Assembly: GCA_964016885.1 (NCBI GenBank)
Contig: OZ024740.1
Location: 230,454,001-230,518,000 of the forward strand
Length of the DNA stretch: 64,000 nt
Reading direction: 5' to 3'
From: Eledone cirrhosa
Lineage: Eukaryota
Position 1 is the first letter of the stretch. The number at the start of each line of letters is the position of its first letter. This document shows, in pieces, positions 12,925-26,341 of this stretch. A program made the position numbers and the translations under genes. The notes beneath the pieces were generated by a model, which was not told where the DNA came from, made no database searches, and was given only the letters and a program-made list of their open reading frames with translations.

Positions 12925-13195
12925 ACGATCCGGCTGGATCGCCAAGCGAGACCAGCCAAGCTCGTAGACGTTATCCAACTATCTTGCTCAGGGTCTACCC
13001 TGAATCTTCTGCCAGTTGGTTTTGCCCGTAAAATCTGTCGAGTGATTCTTTCATGAGACATTCTAACCACATGTCCACAGAGAAGGAGCTGTGATATTTC
13101 AATTCGGAGAAGTAACGGCTCTACCTGAATTGACTCTCTGATCTCCGAATTACACAATCTATCGATTAAAGTTATTCCAAAGACCCTTCCGACGA
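12925..13195 (-). mobile_element. RTE-clade LINE, RT C-terminal fragment
   Basis: EIRESIQVEPLLLRIEISQLLLCGHVVRMSHERITRQILRAKPTGRR matches the RTE motif (W/Y)xGHVxRM...GxRPxGRP. Confidence 0.8.
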
Positions 13196-13314
13196 CCCTG
13201 TGATAAACAAACGAAACTCCAGAGTAACAAGACTCACCATTTAGCCTTAATAAAATGAATATTAAAACTCTACTTCGGTATTGAGTACTCTTTTCTCTCA
13301 GCCGTCAACCACAT

Positions 13315-13358
<44 letters not shown>

Positions 13359-13363
<5 letters not shown>

Positions 13364-13534
13364 AACCAGTAAGACCCCGACAGCTGAGCTCAAGCCGTTT
13401 CGACGGCTAATTCGAAACGGCTTGAGCTCAGCTGTCGGGGTCTTACTGGTTCCTATTACCCACTCTACTACCTCAAGTATTGAGTACTTTGGTGCGTTAT
13501 GGTCCACCTGGTTCCTTACCACATTTCCTTCGTT
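13359..13534. mobile_element. Family A palindromic element, copy 2
   Basis: Identical to the copy 1 sequence; fold-back at ~13410; only the 3' half of the HHR; (TA)n flanks. Confidence 0.9.
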
Positions 13535-13959
13535 ATATATATATATATATATATAACTGATAAATGTCTTATTGGTCTTTAATATTTAGCGGTTGTTTCT
13601 ACTTAAACCGTGAAATTTCCACGGGCTCAGTATATATAACAGTAAGTAGATAAACCCTATGGTAGGGTGGGATGAGGCAACTTGTGAACAACAATGTATG
13701 AAAAGTGAAAACAAGACTATAACAAGTGTATGCTCATGGGAATAATAGTAAGCAAGTGGACATTGAGTATTAGTTCAGATAGACAGATTGTCAGTTAGTT
13801 GTAATGTCCAGCTTAAGTCTGTCTGATCACTGCCTCTTGTCATATTATATACTGTATATCAACATTCACATCCAGACCACCTCTTTAGACTTCAGCCAAC
13901 AGCAAACCAGCTGACCGACAAGTCACCATTACCAAGACTGCTGCCATCAACACCACTAA

Positions 13960-14036
13960 CACCACCACCACCACCACCACCGTCATGGGACCAACCAACA
14001 CTATCACGACTATCACGAACCAACACCATTACAATG

Positions 14037-14067
<31 letters not shown>

Positions 14068-15707
14068 TTAAGACAATCGCTCTAACCCCCCCACCCGCCC
14101 CAACACCAACACCAACACCAACACCACCACCCACCATCACCACCCCACCACCACTATCACCACCACGACTGCACTGACCACCCAAAACGATCGCCACCAC
14201 CACCATTATGACGATCCCCACCATCATTACCGCCACCACCAACTCTATGACGATCGCCCCATCTACACAACTACCACCACCACCACCACCACAACAATAC
14301 CACCACCACCGCCGCTGATCTCTCAACTTACTAGAAACAGTATCTAAATGCCCCATCGAATCATGCCCTATTACCTTAAATAAGGAAGGACATATCAAAT
14401 AACATGGCCTGTCCCTAGATACACTATAGTTGGGAATAAGATTAGGTGGTATGGTCATAACTGGAATGCCTTTGATGATAGGCGTCAGCAACAACGACAA
14501 CAACAATAACAATTATAACAACAACAGTAACAGTAATAAATATTTTGCCCATAAACTATCACCGCCACCACTACAACCCCACTACCACCAACCGCCACCA
14601 CTACAACCCCACTACCACCAACCGTCACCACTACAACCCCACTACCACCAACCGCCACCACAAGCACTACTACCACCACCCCTATAACCATGAACCCCAC
14701 TACCACCAACCGCCACCACTACAACCCCACTACTACCAACCGCCACCACAAGCACTACTACCACCACCCCTATAACCATGAACCCCACTACCACCAACCG
14801 CCACCACTACAACCCCACTACCACCAACCGCCACCACAAGCACTACTACCACCACCCCTATAACCATGAACCCCACTACCACCAACCGCCACCACTACAA
14901 CCCCACTACCACCAACCGCCACCACAAGCACTACTACCACCACCCCTATAACCATGACCACCACCACCACGCTCCCACACTACAACAACAGCCAAAACTA
15001 CCACCACAGTCACCGCCAACAATAAAAACAGCCCCGCTCCACTACCACCTACATGATAGCCCACCAGCCCACCCACTCCACCAGGGCTATCTCTCACTAG
15101 CAAAACCATGTGATGTGATCTGATAATTCTTTATCCATCACCATTATCACTACTACTACCGCCATACAATCAATATCACCACCACTACCAATACCACCAC
15201 AGATACCACCAATATCAGCAACACCAATACCACCACCAACACCAACAACAACACCATCATCACCAACACCACCACTAGCAACACCAACACCAACACCAAC
15301 ACCAACCCTATCCCAAAACCGCCACGAATACCACCACCACCAACACTACCACCATCACCACCAACATCACCAAAACATCACCACCGCCAACATTACCGCC
15401 ACCATCACCACCAACATTACCACCAACACCACCAACATCAACATCAACACCACTAACAACAACACCACTACCAACACCACCTCCACCATCACCTCCAGCA
15501 ACAACAACAACAACACTACCCCCACCACCGCCAACACTACCACAACCAACAACACTATCACCACCACCGCAACACCGCCACCAACACTACCACCACCTCC
15601 AACAACAACACTACCACACCACCAACACTACCACACCACCAACACCACTAATACCACCGCCAACACCACCACAACCACCAACAACAACAACACTACCACC
15701 ACCACCG

Positions 15708-15738
<31 letters not shown>

Positions 15739-18700
15739 CTACCACACCACCACCATCACCACCACAATCACCACCAACACCACCAACAACACCACCACCA
15801 ACACCCCACCACCACCACCACACCACCAACACCAACACCACCACCAACACCACCACCAACACCACCACCAACACCACCACCATCACCACCACCACCGACA
15901 CCACCACACCACCAACACCAACACCACCACCAACACCACCACCAACACCACCACCAACACCCCACCACCGACACCACCACACCACCACCAACACCCCACC
16001 ACCGACACCACCACACCACCACAAACACCCCACCATCACCACCACCACCGACACCACCACACCACCACCACCAACACCACCACCATCACCACCACCACCG
16101 ACACCACCACACCACCAACACCAACACCACCACCAACACCACCACCAACACCCCACCATCACCACCACCATCACCACCACCACCGACACCACCACCAACA
16201 CCACCACCAACACCCCACCATCACCACCACCACCAACACCACCACCAACACCACCACTAACACCACCACCACCAACAACAACAACAACAACACCACCACC
16301 ACCTCCACCACCACCACCAACACCCATTATCTACAGACGCTTGCTTTATTACACAGTATTTTGCCAGCACGTATTTCTGCATGCCTCAGACCAAAGCCAG
16401 TTGTAGCGGTCAATATTTTAGCTTAGCAGATGACCACTACCCTCACACCATCCCTCTCACCTACTTTCACTCACCTTCTCTCTCTCTCCATATCCCCCCT
16501 CTCTTTCCCTCTCTCTATCTCTCTCTCCCTCTCTCTCTTTCTCCTTCTTTCTTCCTATCTGACCCTTTCTCCCCTTCTCTTTTTTTTCTTTCACCACCAC
16601 CACCAACACCTCCTTCATCACCACCACCAACACCTTCATCACCAGCACCTCCCCTCCATCTCACCACCACCACCACCAACATCTCCATCACTTCAGCATT
16701 GCCACCACCATCACCACACCACAACAACCAAGTCTATCACTAGTAGCACCTCTATCGCCGCCACCACATCAATACCACAACAAACATCACCGCCACCACC
16801 ACAACCATATCACCGCCACCACCACATCACCACTACCACCACATCACCACCACCACCATATCACCACTACCACCACATCACCACCACCACCACATCAAAT
16901 CCACCACCACATCACCACCACTACCACCACATCACCACCACCACCATATCACCACTACCACCACATCACCACCACCACCACATCAAATCCACCACCACAT
17001 CACCACCACTACCACCACATCACCACCACCACCATATCACCACTACCACCACATCACCACCACCACCACATCAAATCCACCTCCACATCACCACCACTAC
17101 CACCACATCACCACCACCACCATATCACCACTACCACCACATCACCACCACCACCACATCAAATCCACCACCACATCACCACCACTACCACCACATCACC
17201 ACCACCACCATATCACCACTACCACCACATCACCACCACCACCACATCAAATCCACCACCACATCACCACCACTACTACCACATCACCACCACCACCATA
17301 TCACCACTACCACCACATCACCATCACCACCACATCAAATCCACCACCACATCACCACCACTACTACCACATCACCACCACCACCATATCACCACTACCA
17401 CCACATCACCACCACCACCACATCAAATCCACCACCACATCACCACCACTACCACCACATCACCACCACATCACCATCACCACCACTACCACCATATCAA
17501 CACCACCATCACCACCATCACACACCACCACTATTTCACCACTAGAACACCACCGACAACATCATCACCAACACCAATACTACCATCTCCATCACCACCA
17601 CCTCCATCACTCCGACCACCATCTCATACACCACCATCTCATACACCACCATCTCATACACCACCATCTCCATCACCACCATCTCCAACACCAGCACCTT
17701 CATCACCTGAACCACCATCACCACCACCTTCATCACCTCAACCACCATCCCTTCAATAACACCACCACCATTACACGAATCACCTCCATCTCCGCGATTA
17801 CCAATATCGCACCACTACCACCACTACCACCACCACCACTACCACCACTACCACCACTACCGCCACTACCGCCACCACCACTACGACCAATTCCACTACC
17901 ACCGCCACCACCACAATTACCACCACTACACTACCTCCCACCAACATGACAACTACACCAACACTACCACCACCACCACCACCACCACCACCACTACCAC
18001 TACCACCACTACCACCACTACCGCCACTACCGCCGCCACCACTACCACCACCAATACCACCGCCACCACCACAACCACCACCACTACCACTACCTCCCAC
18101 CAACATGACAACTACACCACCACCACCACTACCACCACCACAACCACCACCACCACCACCACCACCACCACCACTACCACCGCCACCACCACAACCACCA
18201 CAAATACCACTACCTCCCACCAACATGACAACTACACCAACACTAACACCACTACAACCACCACCACCGCCACCACCACAACCACCACCACTACCACTAT
18301 CTCCCACCAACATGACAACTACACCACCACCACCACTACCACCACCACCACCACTACCACCACCACCATCACCACCACTACCACCGCCACCATCACCATC
18401 CCCACCACCACCACCACCACCACCACCACCACCACCACCACTACCACCGCCACCACCACCACCACCACCACCACCACCAGAGATACAGGAATACGGCATT
18501 CTTTCATTCCTTCAATAATATCTGCAACGTAGTTGGTCAGAACGGGGCCAGAATGGGGTCCAAAATGACCAAAGGGGTCGAAGGGGTGAGAGAGGAAGGA
18601 GGGGGAGCAAGTATGGCCGCTGTTGGTTGTGTTTGGACATATTTTTATGGTGTGTGCTGTGTACATTAGCTGGGCTTTCTGACATGGAACAACAAATGCT

Positions 18701-19630
18701 TGGAGCAGATTTGGGGGGGGGTGGAGGGGGTAGTAGGGGGTTATAGTGGTGGTGGTGGTGGTGGAGGTAGTAGTAGTGGAGGTTATTGTAGGGGGGGTTG
18801 TAGTGGTGGTGGTGGTGGTGGAGGTAGTAGTAGTGGAGGTTATTGTAGAGGGGGGGGTTGTAGTGGTGGTGGTGGTGGAGGTAGTAGTAGTGGGGGTTAT
18901 TGTGGTGGTGGTGGTGGTGGTGATGATGCGGGTGCTAGTGCTGGTGCTGTTGGTGGTGGTGGTGGTGATAGTGGTGGTAATAGTGGTGGGGGTTATAGTG
19001 GTGGTGGTGGTAGTAGTAGTGGGGGTGGGTTATTGTGGTGGTGGTGGTGGTTATTGTGGTGGTGGTGGTGGTTATGGTGGTGGTGGTGGTGGTGATAGTG
19101 GTGGTAATAGTGGTGGGGGTTATAGTGGTGGTGGTGGTAGTAGTAGTGGGGGTGGGTTATTGTGGTGGTGGTGGTGGTTATTGTGGTGGTGGTGGTGGTT
19201 ATGGTGGTGGTGGTGGTGGTGATAGTGGTGGTAATAGTGGTGGGGGTTATAGTGGTGGTGGTGGTAGTAGTAGTGGGGGTGGGTTATTGTGGTGGTGGTG
19301 GTGGTTATTGTGGTGGTGGTGGTGGTTATGGTGGTGGTGGTGGTTGTGGTGGTGGTGCTGGCGGCGGTGGTGGTGATGGTGCTGGGGGTGATGATGGTGG
19401 TGGTGGTCGTGGTTGTAGTGGTAATGGTGGTGATGGTGGTGGTGATGGTTGTAGGGGTGATGGTCCTGGTGCTGGTTGCTGGTGCTGGTGAAGGGTAGAA
19501 GTGGTAGTTGTAGTGTTGTTGCTGTTCTTGTTGTTGTTGTTGGTGGTGGTGGTGGTGGTGGTGGTGGTGGTGGTGAAGAGTAGTGGTGGAAGTTGTGTTG
19601 TTATTTTTGTTGTTGTTGTTGGTGGTGGTC
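13960..19630. repeat. (ACC)n/(GGT)n low-complexity region with nested minisatellites
   Basis: 30-bp units and longer higher-order units at 14550-14960; compound repeats at 16800-17500, 17900-18478 and 18745-19350. Confidence 0.92.
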
Positions 19631-19869
19631 GTGGTGGTGGTGGTGATGCAGAGAGATTGCGGTTGTGATAAAAGAAAAGATAAAGACAAGAAGAGAGAGA
19701 GGGAGGGGGGAGATAGGGAGAGAGAGAGGGGGGAGAGAGGGAGAGAGAGAGAGGGGGGATATGTGTGACGGGACAGTGTAATAATTTGGGTAGGGTAGCG
19801 TGTGTTCTTCAGCAAGGCTTGCAGTTGCTGGTGCAGTCACATGACTAGAGGTGTCAGTACAAACATACA

Positions 19870-19932
19870 GGTGTGTGTGCGTGCATGTGTATGTATGCAT
19901 ATATATATGTGTGTGTGTGTGTGTGTGTACGC

Positions 19933-20022
<90 letters not shown>

Positions 20023-20098
20023 ATATACATATATATATATATGTATACATACGTATATATACATATATATACATATATATATATGTATGAATACATAC

Positions 20099-20134
<36 letters not shown>

Positions 20135-20243
20135 GTATACATGTGTACATATATATATAAATATACATATATATATAAATATACATACATATACATACAT
20201 ACATATACATACATATATATATGCATACATATATATATATATA

Positions 20244-20331
<88 letters not shown>

Positions 20332-20500
20332 CACATATCACATATGCATGTATGTGTCTGTGTGTATATAAATGCATGTGTATATATATATATATATACC
20401 TACATATATAGATATATAGATAGATATATATATATATATACATACATATATACACATATATATGTATATATATTTATGTGTGCATGTGTTTGTATCTATG
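19870..20500. repeat. (TA)n/(CA)n compound microsatellite
   Basis: Directly visible. Confidence 0.95.
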
Positions 20501-21146
20501 TGACATTCACACAGATGTGCTTATAAATATCTTCTCTTCTATACACTGAGAGAATGAGGGAAGGAGAGAGGGGGAAAAGATGTACATCAGTGTATATATG
20601 AAGGTATACATACACACACACTCACATAGAAATATGTAATAAGTATATGTGGTCCTATTCATGTAACAACATCTATATACACACACACATATATATATCC
20701 ACATAAAACACGTAATGCGTATATATGAATTCATACATATATCTACATACACACGGGCTCTGACACATTATGCGTACATGTGAATATATACACACATGCG
20801 CACACACAAATAAGCAAACGCATAAAGATCTACCAGAAACATTGTATGTGCGAGAGAGTGAAAGATTAAAGAAAGATTAAAGGGGGATGAAGAAGACAGT
20901 TTGATTTCCCGACCGAATATTTTTAAACATTTCTCCTCGACTGTCTGTTTCCTCTTTTTGGCATTCCAAATCCATTATAACTTTCAGTCTTTTTTTGCCA
21001 TCGCGTTTTATCAGAGGGCATCGTCACGGGATTTTATTTTATTTTATTTTATTTTGTAAAGATTCGTTGTGAAATCTCAACGTTGCTTCAAGACAGACAT
21101 ACTTTCTCGCTTATATATTTAAATGCACACATACATACATACATAC

Positions 21147-21815
21147 ATGGTGGCTGCCAACTCGTTTTCGAGTACGGCCACTACTTTATATCCATGTAGG
21201 AGAACCCCTACCGATGCGCTGAACGAGTGTGACTTTTTAGTCCAGCCAGCGACTTGAAAACTCTGGTACAAACACTACACTTGTGACAATTATTGACACA
21301 TAGTGCTGGGCCCATGGTACTATGTAACGACAAGTGCAGAGAGATCTCCAGATATAAAGCAATACCTGTGCCGTGAAGCTTTTATAGTGAGCAAAGGCAC
21401 TGCACATACATACATGGTGGCTGCCAACTCGTTTTCGAGTACGGCCACTACTTTATATCCATGTAGGAGAACCCCTACCGATGCGCTGAACGAGTGTGAC
21501 TTTTTAGTCCAGCCAGCGACTTGAAAACTCTGGTACAAACACTACACCTGTGACAATTATTGACACATAGTGCTGGGCCCATGGTACGATGTGACAAGTG
21601 CAGAGAGATCTACAGATATAAAGCAATGCCTGTGCCGTGAAGCTTTTATAGTGAGCAAAGGCACTGCACAAAGCCAGTCCCACTCTCTTAACCAAGATGA
21701 TATTTACCAAAAAGAAGAACAAGTCACCATCATTGGATACCATCAGGGTTGCAGGTGTTATATCAGAGTTTTCCTTCTCCTAGAATTCTGCCTTGACAAA
21801 GGCTAAGGGGTCATC
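21147..21815 (-). mobile_element. LINE-like 3' end with (ATGT)n tail, locally duplicated (2 x ~267 bp)
   Basis: 21147-21406 is nearly identical to 21414-21670; each copy abuts (CATA)n; related ends at 22041 and 22277. Confidence 0.6.
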
Positions 21816-23223
21816 TCTCATACATACATACATACATACATACATACATACATACATACATACACACCATACATACATACATACATACATACACATACAC
21901 ACGCATACATACATACATACATACATACATACATACATACATACATAGACACACACACACATACATACATACATACATACATACATACATACATACATAC
22001 ATACATACATACATACATACATACATACATACATACATACATGATGGCTGCCCCCTCGTTATCGAGTATGGCCATTGCACGAGGAGAAAGAAAAAAAAAT
22101 AATAATAATAATAAATAAATAAAAAGAAAATAAAAATAAAAAATAAAAAAAATAACATACATACATACATACATACATACATACATACATACATACATAC
22201 ATACATACACACACATAAATACATGCATACATACACACACACACACACATACATACATACATACAGACATACATACATGATGGCTACAACTCGATTTCAA
22301 GTAATGCCATCGCTTGATACTTAAGCATGAGCATCACGGACGTGGCTTTCTAGTCCTGCTAGGGACTTGCCTATGGCAAGCCACGTCGGAGACTGGAATA
22401 ATTCCTTTATTTTCCTCGGAAGAAGAGATATTAATCTCGAAATATTAGGACATATGAATAAATTAAGGTAAAAGAAAACAAGCTCTGTTTCTTACGATTT
22501 AATAATTCTCCGTCAAAACTTGCATTGTCGTGGCTTTCAAACTTCGAATTCTTTATACCACAGGTTCTCAACCCATTTAGGCCAAACGCCCCCTTTTGTC
22601 CCTCGAAATCACGAAACGCCCCCTACCCTATTTTTCCATTTTTCAATATACTACTGATTTTGATATCAGTAGATTACTAAAAAATTGATTAACAATATTC
22701 CAAAGATACCATTGCAGGCAGCTGAGAGTATAAATACATACCTTGAAAGGAAATATATAAATTTCAAAAAAAGGAACATAAATGTTCTTTTTTATGAATA
22801 AGGACCAGTTGAATTTGTTATATTCCCACCAGGTGATAGCAGCTATTTTGAACATTTATACAAGAGCAACTCTGTCTATCCCAAGTGTGCTCTTATCTGG
22901 AAGAAAGTGGCAATTATATCATTTCAAAGCTTTCCAATGTTCCCTTTAATGAAACGGACAGAATAAATGTTGATATCTAACTTGATGTCCCCTCCGCTTT
23001 GTGAGCTTAGAGACCACGGAAGAGGGTTTTCATAACCACGTAAGAGGGTATATTTATTAGTAAATGGTAAAATATATACAACAAATGAGTAAGTGAATTG
23101 AAGTAGATGGTTTCCAGTCCAGTCAGACTGCAACTACAAATAAAAAAAATTGTTAGTTTGCTTTGTAACAATAGCATATCCAAGTTTTCGGATAAATCAA
23201 CTTACTTTAACTTTGACTTTATT

Positions 23224-24252
23224 TCAATGGGACCCTTGAGCTTCATGGAGTCTAGCTAACTCTTTGACACCAGGCTGGATTTTCGTAAGATGTAGCCGGA
23301 GATCTCCACGTGTAATTACATTGTAGCGGTTGTGAGCCTTACTGTGAAGTCTGGAAACAGCGCCAAACCCCCTCTCGACTAAGTATGAGCTTGGAAAAGG
23401 CAGACCAAATCTCTTAGCCTCTGCATGTAGGTGTGGAAATCGACGCTGAATTTCTTCTTGCATCCAAAAAAGGATTTGGGGAAAATCTAATTTTGATCAT
23501 GTCATCTGTTTGAAGTTCAATGAATTCTTCCTGAAATTTAACGTCCAAATTATCGACGGTAGCTATGAAGGGATCTGCAATCCACATTGGGATGTCCATC
23601 GGCAAAAGGTCAACAAACTGTTCTCTCATGTTGTCTTGTAGCGCACGGAGGTGAGTGGTATAAATGTGGAGTTGGTCATCGCTTACAATGTTTTGAACAT
23701 TGGCAACATTAGGAAAATTATAGAATTCCCGTCAACAAAGATTCTTTTCGATGACATTCAATTTGGCCAGGAATGTTTTCACAGCATTCCTTGCTTTAAG
23801 CAAGGTGATCTTCTTCCCCTCCAAAGCCAAAATGACGCTATTGCATTTGTTGAAGATGTCGGTGAGGTAGGGGTTTTCTTGTACAGTTCTGTGTTGCGTA
23901 CTCGCAGAAACTCAATGTGTCGAAGAGTTCAAAGCAGTGAGTAAGGCACTTGCCCTTTGAAAGCCACCTCACTTCAGTATGAAAGAGCAACTTGACGAAT
24001 TCTTCGTCATTATCTTGGCACAGTTGCCGGAAAATTCATTCATTGAGGGAATGCCGTTTGATAAAATTGATGACATCAATGGCCACCTGCAAGGACTTGC
24101 TCAGCGGCTCGCTGAGTTTCTTCGCAGCCAAGTGTTGTCAATGAATGACACAATGAACAGCAAATACAGATAGATTTTCTCTCTTCAGAAGAGTAACGAA
24201 ACCCTTATGTTGGCCGACCATTGCTCTTGCGTTGTCCGTAGCACATGATACA
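23224..24252 (-). pseudogene. hAT transposase remnant (ZBED5/SCAND3-like), frameshifted
   Basis: CATDNARAMVG (catalytic D motif), HCVIH (CxxH), C-terminal dimerisation motif LPFPSSYLVERGF...RGDLRLHLTKIQP. Confidence 0.88.
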
Positions 24253-24261
24253 ATGTGTATT

Positions 24262-24712
24262 GTATGTGGTCCTAGATGTATGTATTACCTGCCTGCGTGT
24301 TGTATGTAGTCCTAGATGTATGTATTACCTGCTTATGTATTGCCTGCTTGTGTGTTGTATGTGATCCTAGATGTATGTATTACCTGATTATGTGTTGTAT
24401 GTGGTCCTAGATGTTTGTATTACCTGCGTATGTGTTGTATGTAGTCCTAGATGTATGTATTACCTGCCTGTGTGTTGTATGTGGTCCTAGATGTATGTAT
24501 TACCTGATTTTGTGTTGTATGTGGTCCTAGATGTATGTGCTACTCCTTATGTGTTGCATGTGGTCCTAGATGTGTGTATTACCTGCTTAAGTGTTGTATG
24601 TGGTCCTAGATGTGTATATTACCTGCTTGTGTGTTGTATGTGGTCCTAGGTGTATGTATTATCTGATTATGTGTTGTATGTGGTCCTAGATGTGTGTGCT
24701 ACCCTCTTCTGT
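24262..24712. repeat. 40-bp minisatellite, ~11 units, inside the hAT element
   Basis: Unit TGTGTTGTATGTGGTCCTAGATGTATGTATTACCTGCTTA. Confidence 0.95.
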
Positions 24713-25187
24713 GTTTTTTCTTTTCTTTTTTATTTGTAATATTATTTATACAATAGGGAATAAAATAGATCTACATAGTGTTAACTCGTTGCGGTTGAGT
24801 CAATAATTTCAGACATGAAATACATTGTTATCGGTGAAGGAAAGATAAGATTCTAACTGGCTGCGCTCAAAGTGTCTTTGACCAAGTTGACTGTGGGTTT
24901 TTCTATTTTTAGGATCTCAATTGCCGGTTAATGTCTAGATACGCCTGTACACCTGCTCACAGCTGCGGTCAGACCATAGTTATGCTGTCTGCATGCTCAT
25001 TCAAATGTATTCACACTGGCTGTCTCAAAGACATACAAATATGGCTTATAAAACTTACCAAAGTAAAGAGCCTTCCAGCGCCCCAATGCTCCAAACGACC
25101 CCCTAACTCCCCTTGCTCCCAAACGCCCCCCGTTGAGAACCTTTGCTTTATATTATATACAATGTTTCGAGTAAACTACAAGTTCCT

Positions 25188-25218
<31 letters not shown>

Positions 25219-26204
25219 GGTGGGGATTTGTTTTTATGTATGATGTATTTATGTTTAACTGCAACATTCAGTTCCCGTAGACACATTGGGTCCTTGAACA
25301 AAACACCTTATTTCACGTTGCACCAGTTCATTCAACTGTAAAAGAAAGTGTATCTATAAATCAAATTGTCACATAGTGTCATGCTGAACTGAATTACCAT
25401 GAGAACTAAGTTAAAGTTACACGTGTCTGTGGAATACACAGCCACTTTCAATTTAATTTTACCAGCAGAATATTTTGTTGATCGATCAATTGCAACACTC
25501 ATCGTCGTAACCGACTGGAATCCAATATATATATCTTCAGTGTGATGGGTCTACTTGTTTATTTCGACACAATACATCAAATTGTTGCTTAATATTTCTC
25601 AGTGGTGCTTTTAAGGGAATTTCTATGGGTTTAATGCAATATTTAAGCGCTATCGTTTCTTTATATTGCTGTTAAAACCTGCAAAATGAGATAACTAGGT
25701 GGAAGGAAGTGACAAAAGATCTGACTAAAAAAATGACAAAAGATCTTATATTGCTAATTCAAACAGTTTAGAAATTCTGATTTCTCATTCATCCAAAAAA
25801 AGTTAAAGTTAGATTTTTGAAAAATCAAATTGAGACTTGGATTACATGACAGGACTTCTTATTCTTCAAAGAATGATGTTTTACTGTATGATTTCATTTG
25901 AATTGGATGACAGCACTGTTGCTAATTCTTCAACTATACCTTTATTATTTCATAATGGAATCTTCTTTATTTCCATCCCATCGATTTTCCTGTAAGAATT
26001 TTCTGTGATTCAACATGTCATTGGCAACATAGGTTTATCACTGATCATGTATGGTTACTTAGATTTGGTAATTAGATATGAGGCCTCGTAGGAGGTTTTT
26101 ACGTTATTTTTATTTATTTTTTATTTCATTTTGAACCACTGTATTTGTTTTGTTGTTTTTAGTGTTGTTTTTTTATGTTTTTTAACATTCAAAACTTCAC
26201 AGTC

Positions 26205-26312
26205 GCAGGTATAGCTGTGTGGTTAAGGAGTTCGATTTGCAACCACGATGTTTCGGGTTCACTCTCACTGAGTGGCTGTCTTCTGTTATAGCCTCAGATT
26301 TACCAATGCCTT
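26205..26312 (+). mobile_element. tRNA SINE 5' part, truncated just before the PLE
   Basis: A box TAGCTGTGTGG, B box GGGTTCACTCT; same family as 6420. Confidence 0.65.
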
Positions 26313-26341
26313 TTAGGCATTACTTTAGATTTAGATATTTC

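Larger units (their letters stand above)
22559..25145 (-). mobile_element. hAT DNA transposon, Buster/Charlie type, non-autonomous
   Basis: TIRs CACAGGTTCTCAAC / GTTGAGAACCTTTG; 8-bp TSD CTTTATAC (22551-22558) / CTTTATAT (25146-25153) with central TA; subterminal AAACGCCCCC repeats; transposase remnant inside. Confidence 0.92.

Noticed and set aside
15611-19500. Pro-, His-, Gly- and Val-rich ORFs resembling extensins, formin FH1 or glycine-rich proteins
   Set aside because: Derived from (ACC)n/(GGT)n; open in several frames and on both strands, with no domain context
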